Source: Escherichia coli (GTDB lineage: Bacteria > Pseudomonadota > Gammaproteobacteria > Enterobacterales > Enterobacteriaceae). Taken from it: a stretch of 64,000 nt of DNA. Position 1 is the first letter of the stretch. The number at the start of each line of letters is the position of its first letter. Below are positions 48,173 to 59,818 of this stretch, piece by piece. The stretch lies in assembly GCF_017348835.2 (NCBI RefSeq), contig NZ_CP071375.1. One strand, given 5' to 3'. The notes below the pieces were generated by a model, which was given only the letters and a program-made list of their open reading frames with translations, made no database searches and was not told the origin of the DNA. The position numbers and the translations under genes were made by a program.

Positions 48173-49384
48173 ATGTCGACTCGTACCCCTTCATCATCTT
48201 CATCCCGCCTGATGCTGACCATCGGGCTTTGTTTTTTGGTCGCTCTGATGGAAGGGCTGGATCTTCAGGCGGCTGGCATTGCGGCGGGTGGCATCGCCCA
48301 GGCTTTCGCACTCGATAAAATGCAAATGGGCTGGATATTCAGCGCCGGAATACTCGGTTTGCTACCCGGCGCGTTGGTTGGCGGAATGCTGGCGGACCGT
48401 TATGGTCGTAAGCGTATTTTGATTGGCTCAGTTGCGCTGTTTGGTTTGTTCTCGCTGGCAACGGCGATTGCCTGGGATTTCCCCTCACTGGTCTTTGCGC
48501 GGCTGATGACCGGTGTCGGGCTGGGGGCGGCGTTGCCGAATCTTATCGCCCTGACGTCTGAAGCCGCGGGTCCACGTTTTCGTGGGACGGCAGTGAGCCT
48601 GATGTATTGCGGTGTTCCCATTGGCGCGGCGCTGGCGGCGACACTGGGTTTCGCGGGGGCAAACTTAGCATGGCAAACGGTGTTTTGGGTAGGTGGTGTG
48701 GTGCCGTTGATTCTGGTGCCGCTATTAATGCGCTGGCTGCCGGAGTCGGCGGTTTTCGCTGGCGAAAAACAGGCTGCGCCACCACTGCGTGCGTTATTTG
48801 CGCCAGAAACGGCAACCGCGACGCTGCTGCTGTGGTTGTGTTATTTCTTCACTCTGCTGGTGGTCTACATGTTGATCAACTGGCTACCGCTGCTTTTGGT
48901 GGAGCAAGGATTCCAGCCATCGCAGGCGGCAGGGGTGATGTTTGCACTGCAAATGGGTGCGGCGAGCGGGACGTTAATGTTGGGCGCATTGATGGATAAG
49001 CTGCGTCCAGTAACCATGTCGCTACTGATTTATAGCGGCATGTTAGCTTCGCTGCTGGCGCTTGGAACGGTGTCGTCATTTAACGGTATGTTGCTGGCGG
49101 GATTTGTCGCGGGGTTGTTTGCGACAGGTGGGCAAAGCGTTTTGTATGCCCTGGCACCGTTGTTTTACAGTTCGCAGATCCGCGCAACAGGTGTGGGAAC
49201 AGCCGTGGCGGTAGGGCGTCTGGGGGCTATGAGCGGTCCGTTACTGGCCGGGAAAATGCTGGCATTAGGCACTGGCACGGTCGGCGTAATGGCCGCTTCT
49301 GCACCGGGTATTCTTGTTGCTGGGTTGGCGGTGTTTATTTTGATGAGTCGGAGATCAAGAATGCAGCCGTGTGCCGATGCCTGA
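48173..49384 (+). CDS. mhpT: MFS 3-hydroxyphenylpropionate transporter (403 aa)
   Basis: ORF 48104..49384; start MSTRTPSSSSSRLMLTIGL at 48173. Confidence 0.88.
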   Translation: MSTRTPSSSSSRLMLTIGLCFLVALMEGLDLQAAGIAAGGIAQAFALDKMQMGWIFSAGILGLLPGALVGGMLADRYGRKRILIGSVALFGLFSLATAIAWDFPSLVFARLMTGVGLGAALPNLIALTSEAAGPRFRGTAVSLMYCGVPIGAALAATLGFAGANLAWQTVFWVGGVVPLILVPLLMRWLPESAVFAGEKQAAPPLRALFAPETATATLLLWLCYFFTLLVVYMLINWLPLLLVEQGFQPSQAAGVMFALQMGAASGTLMLGALMDKLRPVTMSLLIYSGMLASLLALGTVSSFNGMLLAGFVAGLFATGGQSVLYALAPLFYSSQIRATGVGTAVAVGRLGAMSGPLLAGKMLALGTGTVGVMAASAPGILVAGLAVFILMSRRSRMQPCADA

Positions 49385-49485
49385 CGCGCCTTATTAAGCA
49401 GGGGCGAAAGGGACTTGCCCCCAATACACCCACGGCGTTTACAGGTATACTCGCTAAAAATTATTCAGCGGGTTTGGAAACAAAG

Positions 49486-50025
49486 ATGGCAAAACTTACC
49501 TTACAAGAGCAGTTGCTCAAAGCAGGATTAGTCACCAGCAAAAAAGCGGCGAAGGTCGAGAGAACGGCGAAAAAATCGCGCGTTCAGGCGCGTGAAGCTC
49601 GGGCGGCGGTAGAAGAAAATAAAAAGGCACAGCTTGAGCGTGATAAACAGCTTAGCGAACAGCAAAAACAAGCGGCGTTGGCGAAAGAATATAAAGCTCA
49701 GGTGAAGCAGCTTATTGAAATGAACCGGATCACCATTGCCAATGGCGATATTGGTTTTAACTTCACTGATGGCAATCTGATTAAGAAGATTTTTGTCGAT
49801 AAGCTCACACAGGCGCAGTTGATTAATGGTCGTCTGGCGATTGCCCGCTTGTTGGTCGATAACAATAGCGAAGGTGAATACGCCATTATTCCCGCCAGCG
49901 TTGCCGATAAAATTGCTCAGCGTGATGCCAGCAGTATTGTGTTGCACAGCGCGCTCAGTGCCGAAGAGCAGGATGAAGACGATCCGTATGCCGACTTCAA
50001 AGTGCCTGATGATTTGATGTGGTAA
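49486..50025 (+). CDS. yaiL: DUF2058 family protein (179 aa)
   Basis: ORF 49369..50025; start MAKLTLQEQLLKAGLVTSKK at 49486. Confidence 0.85.
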   Translation: MAKLTLQEQLLKAGLVTSKKAAKVERTAKKSRVQAREARAAVEENKKAQLERDKQLSEQQKQAALAKEYKAQVKQLIEMNRITIANGDIGFNFTDGNLIKKIFVDKLTQAQLINGRLAIARLLVDNNSEGEYAIIPASVADKIAQRDASSIVLHSALSAEEQDEDDPYADFKVPDDLMW

Positions 50026-50034
50026 ACATAGATA

Positions 50035-50145
50035 AGTCGTGCGCAGATGCCTGATGCGACGCTTACGCGTCTTATCATGCCTACGGCTCATGGGCGAAAT
50101 GTAGGCCGGATAAGGCGTTCACGCCGCATCCGGCAGTTGTGCACT
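50035..50145. repeat. REP pair between yaiL and frmB
   Basis: GCCTGATGCGACGCTTACGCGTCTTATCATGCCTAC ... GTAGGCCGGATAAGGCGTTCACGCCGCATCCGGCA. Confidence 0.85.
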
Positions 50146-50149
50146 ATTA

Positions 50150-50983
50150 TCAACGCATATTCAGTTTATTGGCGTGGTAGGCAATATGCTCGCCAATAAA
50201 ACTGGAGACAAAATAATAGCTGTGGTCGTAACCCTCGTGATAACGGATTAACGTCTTGATATTCATCTCCTGGCAGATCTTTTCAAGATTTGGAGTCCGC
50301 AGCTGTTCCGCGTAAAAATCATCACTCAACCCCTGATCAACCATTATTTCCGCAACGCGTTGACCTTGTGAAATAAGACTCACCGGGTCGTAATACAACC
50401 AGGCATCTTTATTTTCACCAAGATATGCAGCAAAGGCTTGCTGTCCCCACGGTACTTGCGATGGGGAGACAATGGGCGAAAACGCCGAGACGCTGACATA
50501 TTCATCTGGGTTACGTAACGCCAACACCAGCGCGCCCAGCCCGCCCATAGAATGACCTGAGATAGACTTTCTGGTCGTTGCCGGAAAATGATGCATCACT
50601 AAATCCGGCAGCTCGTTGCGGATATAGTCATACATTTTGTAATGTTCATTCCACGGCGCTTGCGTCGCGTTCAGGTAAAATCCGGCACCTTGCCCGAGAT
50701 CGTAACGGTCGGCATTTGCGACATGACTGCCTCGCGGACTGGTGTCCGGCGCAACAACAATAATGTTGTGCTCAGCCGCGTAACGCTGCATCCCCGATTT
50801 AGTAATGAAATTCTGCTCATTGCAGGTCAGGCCTGAAAGCCAGTACAGCACCGGCAATTTTTCATTCGCGGCTTTTGGTGGGAGATAGACGCCGACATTC
50901 ATTTCACATTTCAGTGATGCGGAATAATGCCGATACACATTTTGCCAGCCGCCAAAGCTGGCATGTTTTTCAATGAGTTCCAT
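50150..50983 (-). CDS. frmB: S-formylglutathione hydrolase
   Basis: 277 aa esterase with the GHSMGG nucleophile elbow. Confidence 0.92.
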   Translation of the reverse strand: MELIEKHASFGGWQNVYRHYSASLKCEMNVGVYLPPKAANEKLPVLYWLSGLTCNEQNFITKSGMQRYAAEHNIIVVAPDTSPRGSHVANADRYDLGQGAGFYLNATQAPWNEHYKMYDYIRNELPDLVMHHFPATTRKSISGHSMGGLGALVLALRNPDEYVSVSAFSPIVSPSQVPWGQQAFAAYLGENKDAWLYYDPVSLISQGQRVAEIMVDQGLSDDFYAEQLRTPNLEKICQEMNIKTLIRYHEGYDHSYYFVSSFIGEHIAYHANKLNMR

Positions 50984-51075
50984 CAGTCATTATCTCACGG
51001 TTAATCCCCCGGACGGCTGCCCGGGGAGAGTATTAAGAACCCCGTCTGAACTGGACGGGGTAAACCAGCGGGAAA

Positions 51076-52215
<1,140 letters not shown>

Positions 52216-52219
52216 TCAG

Positions 52220-52495
52220 CTATTTAAGATAGGCACGAACCAGTTCAATAGTGTCGTCAACGGATTGGCTGACTTCGCGGCTGTAGCAGTCATTTCGGTC
52301 AAACGTTTCCCGGATATGGCTTTCAAGCACTTCTGCCATCAGCCCATTAGCCGCGCCCCGAACGGCAGCGATCTGTTGGAGTATGGCACGGCATTCGGCA
52401 TCACTCTCCAGCGACCGTTCCAGAGCATCAATCTGCCCTCGAATACGACGAACTCGAGTAAGGACCTTTTTCTTCTCTTCCGGAGTACTGGGCAT
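52220..52495 (-). CDS. frmR: formaldehyde-responsive repressor (CsoR/RcnR family, 91 aa)
   Basis: ORF 52220..52516; start [30 protein letters not shown] at 52495. Confidence 0.92.
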   Translation of the reverse strand: MPSTPEEKKKVLTRVRRIRGQIDALERSLESDAECRAILQQIAAVRGAANGLMAEVLESHIRETFDRNDCYSREVSQSVDDTIELVRAYLK

Positions 52496-52520
52496 TTCGC
52501 ACCTCATCATCTGCATGCAA

Positions 52521-52571
52521 TATACTATAGGGGGGTATGCTATATGTCAATGCATACCCCCCTATAGTATA
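52521..52571. promoter_or_regulatory. 51-bp palindrome (20-bp perfect arms TATACTATAGGGGGGTATGC / GCATACCCCCCTATAGTATA) upstream of frmR; probable FrmR operator
   Basis: Read directly; 26 bp upstream of the frmR start; G6/C6 tracts typical of CsoR/RcnR-family operators. Confidence 0.75.
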
Positions 52572-52654
52572 TAACACTGGAGAATAATTGTTGTCCGAAG
52601 CCTAACCAGGTGAACGGTCCCTCAAGACAGATGGGGACCGTTTATGTGCTATTT

Positions 52655-53713
52655 TTATGCCGCATCCGCTAAAACAAACATCCCGTAAGGATGGATTTCG
52701 AGGTAATAGTGCTCACCAATATCGGGCTGTAAACGGGTGGCGTTTACTTGTAATAGAATCTCCTGTCCATGCCACTCTACGGTCACTTCGTACTGCGGCC
52801 CCATGTAGGCGACATGGCGAATAACACAACGCTGACTCTCTTCGCCGTGATTGCTTAAGGTGATGGCTTCCGGGCGAACGCCGACGGTGCCGCTACCTTG
52901 CGCCGGGAAATGCGCCGCGCGCGGCAGGCGATAACCGTAGATATCGACATACTCTTCGCTAAAGTTCGCCGGGAACAGGTTGGCGTCGCCCATAAAACTT
53001 GCCATAAATCGGGAGGCTGGCTGACGATAGAGATCCTGCGGTGAGCCAATTTGCATGATGTGACCTTTATTCATCACCAGCACAGTGTCGGACACCGCGA
53101 AAGCTTCACTTTGATCGTGAGTGACGTAGAGCGACGTGATATTAAACTGCTTTTGCAGCTCGCGGATCTTATCGCGCATACTGCGGCGCAGGTTGGCATC
53201 GAGGTTACTTAACGGCTCATCAAACAGCAGCACCTTTGGCTTGAGGATCAACGCGCGGGCCAGTGCCACTCGCTGTTGCTGACCACCGGAAATCTGATCG
53301 ACATAGCGGTCCTCGAAGCCTTCCAGATCCACCATTGCCAGCGCCTCCTTCACCCGCTGTTTCACTTCGCTACGCGAGACGCCAAGCATCTTCAGCCCGT
53401 AGCCAACGTTTTCACCCAGCGACATATGCGGGAACAGAGCGTATGACTGAAACACCATGCAGATATCGCGCTGTTGAATGGAACGATGCGTGACATCTTC
53501 GCCATCAATAAAAATTTGCCCTTCGCTCGGTTTTTCCAGCCCGGCAACCAGACGCAAAATGGTGGTTTTGCCACAGCCGGAAGGACCGAGCAGCGTCACC
53601 ATTTGCCCTTGTGGAATGGTGAGATTGATATTGTCGATAACCGTATTACTGCCGAATCGTTTAGTGACGTTGCGCAGTTCAACAAAATTTTTCTGACTCA
53701 TATTGCGCTCCAT
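52655..53713 (-). CDS. afuC: ABC transporter ATP-binding protein (FbpC/AfuC-like, 352 aa)
   Basis: Walker [10 protein letters not shown], signature ISGGQQQRV, Walker B LLFDEPLS. Confidence 0.85.
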   Translation of the reverse strand: MERNMSQKNFVELRNVTKRFGSNTVIDNINLTIPQGQMVTLLGPSGCGKTTILRLVAGLEKPSEGQIFIDGEDVTHRSIQQRDICMVFQSYALFPHMSLGENVGYGLKMLGVSRSEVKQRVKEALAMVDLEGFEDRYVDQISGGQQQRVALARALILKPKVLLFDEPLSNLDANLRRSMRDKIRELQKQFNITSLYVTHDQSEAFAVSDTVLVMNKGHIMQIGSPQDLYRQPASRFMASFMGDANLFPANFSEEYVDIYGYRLPRAAHFPAQGSGTVGVRPEAITLSNHGEESQRCVIRHVAYMGPQYEVTVEWHGQEILLQVNATRLQPDIGEHYYLEIHPYGMFVLADAA

Positions 53714-55791
53714 TACGCCTGGTTTTTGGCTTTAGAACGGGAGATACGAGCTTCTCCGATCAGCCAGTCAAAGAGGAAAATAATCGCCAGCATCACCACG
53801 ATCAGAATCGAACCATAGGCGATGGCTACGCCATATTCGCCGTCTTCAACGCGGTTAAGAATGTAGGCGGTTGCCACGCGGGTGTCCGGCGTGACGAGAA
53901 AGACGATGGCGCTGACCGTCGTGATGGCCCGCACAAAGCTGTAGATCAGGGCCGAGAGAATGGCCGGACGCAGCAGCGGCAGTAAAATGTGGGTTATGGT
54001 TCGCAAGGAACCCGCGCGCAGGCTGAGTGAGGCTTCATCCAGCGATTTGTCGATCTGCCCCAGACCCGCAATCCCGGCGCGAATACCCACCGGAACGTTA
54101 CGCATCACCATCGAGATAATCACAATTGCCGCCGTTCCGGTGAGATAAACCGGAGCGCTGTTAAAGGCAAGAATATACGAAACGCCCGCCACCGTACCCG
54201 GTACGGCAAAGCACAGCATGGTGGTGAACTCGATGGTCTTTTTGCCTTTGAATTGTTGACGCACCACCACCCAGGCGATGAGCAGGCCAAAGATAGCGGT
54301 AATGGGAGCGGCAATCCCGGCGTAGAGCAGGGTATCCAGCAGTGAAGGCCACGCGCCGTCGCTCATTCCCTGACCAAATAGCTTGATAAAGTTATCCAGC
54401 GTCAGGGTGTAGTCCACGCCCCAGTTCACCGTGAAGCTGCCGTAGAAAATGCTGCCGTAGAGCAGGGCGTTAAAGGCAATCCATATCGCAAGTATGGCGA
54501 CCACGCTCCACACCAGGGTGACCGGTAGCGGCTGGACGTCGCCACGGTAGGATTTGCCGGAAACCGTGACGTAAGAGCGTTTACCAATCCACATATACTG
54601 GATGCAGAACACCAGCAGCGAGAACAGCAGCAGGAAAGCGCCAAGGGTGCTGGCGGCCTGATAATCCAGCTGCGAGCCGGTAATATAGAAGTAAATTTGC
54701 GTCGCCAGTACGTCGAAGTTACCGCCAAGTACCAGCGGGTTACTGAAATCAGCCAGTGACTGTACCACGACGATTAAAAAGGCATTGGCGAGTGCGGGCT
54801 TCAACAACGGCACAAACACGCCGTTAAAGGTTTGCCAGCGGCTGGCGCGCAGGGTGTAGGAGGCCTCTTCCAGCGAGGGATGAATGGTTTTAATGGCCCC
54901 GTCGAGGATCATAAATGCCATTGGCGTGAATGCCAGAACCTGTGCCAGCCAGATCCCGGTAAAACCGTACAGCCAGTTGGTGTTGGTCAGCCCAAACCAC
55001 TCCACCATAAATTCCGTAACATAGCCGGAGCGCCCCATCATGAGCGTCACGCCTAAGCCGACCACAAACGGTGGCGTAACGATGGGCAAAATGGAAAAGA
55101 TGCGACCAATAATGGCGCTGCGTTTAGCGATGCGCGTGGTATAAATCGCCAGCACCAGGCCGAAGAAAGTACAGCCTATCCCCACCGCTATCGACAAGAC
55201 GATAGAGTTGACGATCACCTGAACAATATGTGCCTGCGAGAGCACGGTCATAAACGCCAGCGGGGCGAACTCTCCCGCGTCGTTGGTGAACATCGGGATA
55301 AAAATGGCGATGCTCGGCCAGACGATAAAAATGCCAATCAGCGCCACAATCGCAATCAGTGAGCCGATCACGAAGCGGTCGCCGCCCAGCCATTCGAGGC
55401 GGGTTAAGGCCAGCGTCATAATCGCGCCTAGTTCAACAAACAGCACGATGGCGGCGTAGCCTAAACCGCGTCCAGCCACGGTGGCGCTGATGACGATAAA
55501 CGCCATACAGAGCAATGCCCAGCTGGCATCAAAATAATGACGACTACGCTGTTCGCGTGTGGCCTCACGAAACGGGCGAACCAGCAACAGACTCGGTAAC
55601 AAATACCACAGCCAGCTGATATTAAAATGCGACCAGCCATAAGCCTCGAGGATCTCATCACTCGTGGACTCCAGCAGGCCATAATCGAGGCTCCAGCTCG
55701 GCAACAGTATAAATGCCAGCCAGCCCAGCAAAACCCAAAGGAAAATCGCATCCCGCTTTTTCACGGGATGGAGTGCAAGTGTCTGTGACAT
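53713..55791 (-). CDS. afuB: ABC transporter permease, fused two-domain (FbpB/AfuB-like, 692 aa)
   Basis: 692 aa polytopic ORF with two permease domains; start overlaps afuC. Confidence 0.85.
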   Translation of the reverse strand: MSQTLALHPVKKRDAIFLWVLLGWLAFILLPSWSLDYGLLESTSDEILEAYGWSHFNISWLWYLLPSLLLVRPFREATREQRSRHYFDASWALLCMAFIVISATVAGRGLGYAAIVLFVELGAIMTLALTRLEWLGGDRFVIGSLIAIVALIGIFIVWPSIAIFIPMFTNDAGEFAPLAFMTVLSQAHIVQVIVNSIVLSIAVGIGCTFFGLVLAIYTTRIAKRSAIIGRIFSILPIVTPPFVVGLGVTLMMGRSGYVTEFMVEWFGLTNTNWLYGFTGIWLAQVLAFTPMAFMILDGAIKTIHPSLEEASYTLRASRWQTFNGVFVPLLKPALANAFLIVVVQSLADFSNPLVLGGNFDVLATQIYFYITGSQLDYQAASTLGAFLLLFSLLVFCIQYMWIGKRSYVTVSGKSYRGDVQPLPVTLVWSVVAILAIWIAFNALLYGSIFYGSFTVNWGVDYTLTLDNFIKLFGQGMSDGAWPSLLDTLLYAGIAAPITAIFGLLIAWVVVRQQFKGKKTIEFTTMLCFAVPGTVAGVSYILAFNSAPVYLTGTAAIVIISMVMRNVPVGIRAGIAGLGQIDKSLDEASLSLRAGSLRTITHILLPLLRPAILSALIYSFVRAITTVSAIVFLVTPDTRVATAYILNRVEDGEYGVAIAYGSILIVVMLAIIFLFDWLIGEARISRSKAKNQA

Positions 55792-55859
55792 AGCAGTTCC
55801 GGTATGGTTGGCCGGGGCAGGCGTTTGTGCTGCACCCGGTAAATACGCCTAATGCGGGT

Positions 55860-56891
55860 TTATTTACCCATCTTCACTTCGCTGACCCATTTATTAATCA
55901 ATGCCTTACGAACATCCGTGGAACCATATTTATCCATGTCGTAGTTGATTAATTTCAGGTCGTCGAGCTTCAGCGAATTTGGCGACGTTTCGGCGGTGGT
56001 ATTGGTCAGGATCTGATAAGACTTCCCTTTCTTCCACGCCAGTTCCTGAGCTTCTTTTGATAATACCCAGTCCACAAACAGTTTGGCGTTGTCGAGGTTG
56101 CGCGCGCCTTTCAGAATGCTGACGCCGCCAATTTCGTAGCCCGTACCTTCACACGGGGAAATCAACTCCAGCGGCGCGCCCTGTTCTTTTTCCAGCGAGT
56201 AGTCATGCAGGAAGCCAATACCAATCGCCGTTTCGCCACGGGCGGCGTTACGTGCCGGGGCTATGCCTGATTTGGTGTACTGAGAGACGTTGGCGTTCAG
56301 TTGTTTTAGATAATCAAAGGCCTGATCTTCCCCCCACAGCTGCGCAAAAGTAGCCAGGGCGGTGTAGGCAGTACCGGAACTTTGCGGATCGGCAATTTGA
56401 ATTTCGCCTTTATATTCCGGTTTGGTGAGATCTTTCCAGCACTTCGGCACCGGCAGGTTTTTCTCTTTCAGACGATCGGTGTTTACGCCAAAACCGAGGA
56501 TCCCCACATAAACGGCAGAGGACAGATTCCCTTTCACTTTTGCCGGATCGCGGAATTTCTCCATGATCTGCTCAAGGTTAGGGGATTTATACGCCTGTAG
56601 CAGGCCCATCTCGCCAGCCTGCGATTGCGGGTCTAAAGTGCCGCCGTACCAGACGTCAGCCTGGGGGTTTTTCTTTTCAGCATCGACTTTTGCCAGGGTG
56701 CTTCCGGAACCGTTGCGGATAAACGAGGTTTTTACATCATATTTCTCGCCAAACGCTTTGGTTTCGGCCTCACACATTTCATTGGTGGCGCTGCAATAGA
56801 CCACCAGCCGGCCTTTTGCCTGCGCGGCACCCGTTAAAGTCGCCAGCGCAACGGCAGAAGCAATCAGAGTAGAGGTAAAGGTCATTTTCAT
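55860..56891 (-). CDS. afuA: periplasmic substrate-binding protein (AfuA-like, about 343 aa) with signal peptide
   Basis: ORF 55860..57218 runs antisense through the upstream gene; real start MKMTFTSTLIASAVALATLTGAAQA at 56891, overlapping the upstream gene stop by 4 bp. Confidence 0.8.
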   Translation of the reverse strand: MKMTFTSTLIASAVALATLTGAAQAKGRLVVYCSATNEMCEAETKAFGEKYDVKTSFIRNGSGSTLAKVDAEKKNPQADVWYGGTLDPQSQAGEMGLLQAYKSPNLEQIMEKFRDPAKVKGNLSSAVYVGILGFGVNTDRLKEKNLPVPKCWKDLTKPEYKGEIQIADPQSSGTAYTALATFAQLWGEDQAFDYLKQLNANVSQYTKSGIAPARNAARGETAIGIGFLHDYSLEKEQGAPLELISPCEGTGYEIGGVSILKGARNLDNAKLFVDWVLSKEAQELAWKKGKSYQILTNTTAETSPNSLKLDDLKLINYDMDKYGSTDVRKALINKWVSEVKMGK

Positions 56892-58204
56892 TGTTTTATC
56901 CTTCGAGCGTGAGTGGTGGTGATGCCCGCCATCAGTAACGGCATCAGCAGTAAACCCATAAGTACTGCGGCGACCGAGAGTAAACTGAACATTCCCGGCC
57001 AGCCGTAGCGTTCGATGACCAGCGACAGCGGCCAGCCTGCCAGCGCCGCGCCAAGGTAAGCGAACAGGCCGAGAAATCCGGTGATTGAACCCGCCGCAGC
57101 TTTGTGCCCACACTCCACCGCCGCAAGTCCAATCAGCATTTGTGGGCCAAAGACGAAAAAGCCCACGGTAAAAAAGCACACTGCCAGCAGAGCGTAGTGA
57201 TGAACCGGTGCCAGCCACAGTGCGGCGACTGACACCATCAATCCCAACGTGAACAGCAAAATCATTGGCGCTCGTTGCCCGCTAAACAGCAAATCCGATC
57301 CCCATCCGGCAAATAACGCGCCGAGTAAGCCGCCCACTTCAAACAGCATTACCGTGGCGTTGGCGCTGAGCAGGTTGACACCGTGGCTTTCCGTCAGCCA
57401 GATATTGCCCCAGTCGTTAAGCGCAATCCGGATCACATAAACCAGTACATAAGAGACGCCCAGTATCCAGATCAGCGGATTTTGCAGCATGGTGGTGCGC
57501 AACATTTGCCACAGCCCCATCGGCGGACTTTGTTGTTCCTGACGTAACTCCAGCGGATCGTGACGCCAGTGACCAACTGTCGGTAATCCCTCTTCCTGGG
57601 GCGTGCCTTTGAGTTGTAGTGTTAACCAGATCCCTAATGCCATGCTGATTATCCCCGGTGTCAGCATCGCGGCCTGCCAGCCCCACCAGTGGGCGGCAAA
57701 GGCGCTAATCAGCGGAATAATCGCTCCGCCAATGTTGATCGACATATTCCAGCAGCCCCACCAGAAACCGCGCTCATTGCGTGAGTACCAGTGGGTCAGC
57801 AAGCGGGCACACGGTGGCCATCCCCAACCCTGAAAAAAACCGTTCAGTGTCCAGACCACAAGCAGAAGCGTAAGTGATTCGCCAAAGGCAAACACCACGT
57901 TCAATAACCCGGTGGCGAACAAGCCAACGCCCATAAAACCGCGTTGTCCGTGGCTGTCATGCCACAGTCCGGCGGTAAATTTCGACAATCCGTAGCTGAG
58001 ATAAAACAGCGAACCCAGCAGGCCAATGTCGCCTTTATCCAGTCCGAGGTCGGTTTGTAGCGCCGGAAGGACGTAATTCACGCTTTTTCGCGTCAGATAA
58101 AATGCGGCGTAGCCAATAATCATGCACATCAGCAATCGCGGACGTAATGTCCGGTAGCATTGATTAATTTCTCTCGCTGAACGCGCGTGCATGGTTGTCT
58201 CCAT
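56888..58204 (-). CDS. MFS sugar-phosphate sensor/transporter, UhpC-like (438 aa)
   Basis: High similarity by eye to UhpC (YLTRKS, NGFFQGWGWPPCARLLTHWYSRNERG, DWGNIWLTESHGV). Confidence 0.85.
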   Translation of the reverse strand: METTMHARSAREINQCYRTLRPRLLMCMIIGYAAFYLTRKSVNYVLPALQTDLGLDKGDIGLLGSLFYLSYGLSKFTAGLWHDSHGQRGFMGVGLFATGLLNVVFAFGESLTLLLVVWTLNGFFQGWGWPPCARLLTHWYSRNERGFWWGCWNMSINIGGAIIPLISAFAAHWWGWQAAMLTPGIISMALGIWLTLQLKGTPQEEGLPTVGHWRHDPLELRQEQQSPPMGLWQMLRTTMLQNPLIWILGVSYVLVYVIRIALNDWGNIWLTESHGVNLLSANATVMLFEVGGLLGALFAGWGSDLLFSGQRAPMILLFTLGLMVSVAALWLAPVHHYALLAVCFFTVGFFVFGPQMLIGLAAVECGHKAAAGSITGFLGLFAYLGAALAGWPLSLVIERYGWPGMFSLLSVAAVLMGLLLMPLLMAGITTTHARRIKQ

Positions 58205-58276
58205 GTTGCTGACTATATGAAAATGAAAGTGAAAGGGGATGAGAGAAAATCCGGGATACCTAAGACTTTTTCCTGG

Positions 58277-59818
58277 TTATCCGGCGATTTGTTGCAAAAA
58301 TGTGGGCAAGTTAACAATTACCCGCGTGCCGTGCTGTTTTTCGAGCGTTAAGTCGCCGCCCAGGGCGCTGACGCGCTCACGCATCCCCTGAATGCCAAAT
58401 CCGGCCATTTTCCCGCTGGCGATCCCCACACCGTTGTCGCTGACTTCCAGATGCAATACCTCTCCCTGCTGGCGCAGGATAATCGTCACTTCGCTGGCTT
58501 CGGCGTGTTTACAGATGTTATTAAGCAACTCCTGCAATAACCGATACAAGGTAAAGCGCACCGTTTCGTTTTCTGGTGTGGAGTTCAGTTGATAGGCAAA
58601 CTGGCAATGAATGCCGCGTTCACTAAAGGCAAATTCATTAATCAGATGCAACAACGCTTCGCGAAATGTCAGTTCATCAAGCGCGGGAGGCCGCAACTGG
58701 CGCAGCAATTGGCGGGTGGAAAGATGAATGCGGCGGGCGAGCTCATTGATTTGGCTGGCTGCGGATTGAATTTGCGCCGGATCACGCGCCCGCTTCACCA
58801 GTTGCGACTGGATCTGAATGGCGGTGATGTTCTGACCGATTTCGTCGTGCAGCTCTCGCGCCAGGTTTTTTCGCGTGTCCTCCTCGGTGTGGATCAGCTT
58901 TTCCGCCAATGCCCGCCGCGCTGCCAGCTCGGCCTCCAGCCGTTGTCGGTAATGGTGCAGGTTTAGCGCCAGATGTTGCTGGCGACTGATGGCAATGCCC
59001 AGGCCAATTCCCAGCAAGGCCTGGGTCGCGAGGAAAATCTCCAGCTCCACCAGGTTACTAAAGCCCACGCCAATCTGGCGGGCGATGGTGATCATCATGC
59101 TGCCCAAAAGCCCGGAGAGTACGCCACCTTGCCAGCCAAATTTCCACGCCATCACCACATTGGGCAAAAAGACCACGATCAACAGCAGACGTTCAATTTC
59201 AGGTGACAGCACCATCTGAGTGCCGATACCAATAATAAAAAACAGGCTACACCAGATGATTAAAGAGGTACGCAAGGGGGGATTATGCGTATCGAGTCCC
59301 AGGAGCTGGTAGCGATGCTGCTGGCGCAGAAACTCAAAGATAAGATAGACAAACGGCGTCAGTAATACGCCGCCGGTAAATGAGGTCAAACCCGGCAGCA
59401 TTATTGGGCCTGACATAAAAGGGGAGAGCAGGGCGGTATTCAACAATGAAGCTGCCGTGACAGTGGCTAACAGCAACGTCAGACGCTGCCAGTAAAGTGG
59501 AAAACGGTGCCAGAAGTTTTGCGCAAGGAGGGCAGGAAACAGGCTAATAACCGGCGTTGCCAGCATGAGATAACCGTTCAATAGCTGTTCACTATGGAGC
59601 CAGAACATCATCAGCAAAGGGGGGAGCACCAACGCAGGCCAGTAGCGGCGAGAGAGCAAAATAACAAGGGCGAGATAAACTCCCTGCGGGAGAAACAACA
59701 CCGCCTGTTGACCGTTATTGGTCAGATAAAAGCTGAGCGTCCACAGCATCAGCCAGCCGGTTCCCCAGGCCAGCACAATAAACAGCGAAATCACCCAATG
59801 ACGAAGATTGCGCGACAT
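58277..59818 (-). CDS. membrane sensor histidine kinase, UhpB-like (513 aa)
   Basis: Multi-TM N-terminus; H-box ELHDEIGQ; C-terminal HATPase motifs (DNGVGI, GFGIQGMRER). Confidence 0.85.
   Translation of the reverse strand: MSRNLRHWVISLFIVLAWGTGWLMLWTLSFYLTNNGQQAVLFLPQGVYLALVILLSRRYWPALVLPPLLMMFWLHSEQLLNGYLMLATPVISLFPALLAQNFWHRFPLYWQRLTLLLATVTAASLLNTALLSPFMSGPIMLPGLTSFTGGVLLTPFVYLIFEFLRQQHRYQLLGLDTHNPPLRTSLIIWCSLFFIIGIGTQMVLSPEIERLLLIVVFLPNVVMAWKFGWQGGVLSGLLGSMMITIARQIGVGFSNLVELEIFLATQALLGIGLGIAISRQQHLALNLHHYRQRLEAELAARRALAEKLIHTEEDTRKNLARELHDEIGQNITAIQIQSQLVKRARDPAQIQSAASQINELARRIHLSTRQLLRQLRPPALDELTFREALLHLINEFAFSERGIHCQFAYQLNSTPENETVRFTLYRLLQELLNNICKHAEASEVTIILRQQGEVLHLEVSDNGVGIASGKMAGFGIQGMRERVSALGGDLTLEKQHGTRVIVNLPTFLQQIAG

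Noticed and set aside
55860-57218. 452-aa ORF suggesting a much longer AfuA
   Set aside because: The upstream 109 codons run antisense through the UhpC-like gene; the true start is MKMTF at 56891, followed by a signal peptide.
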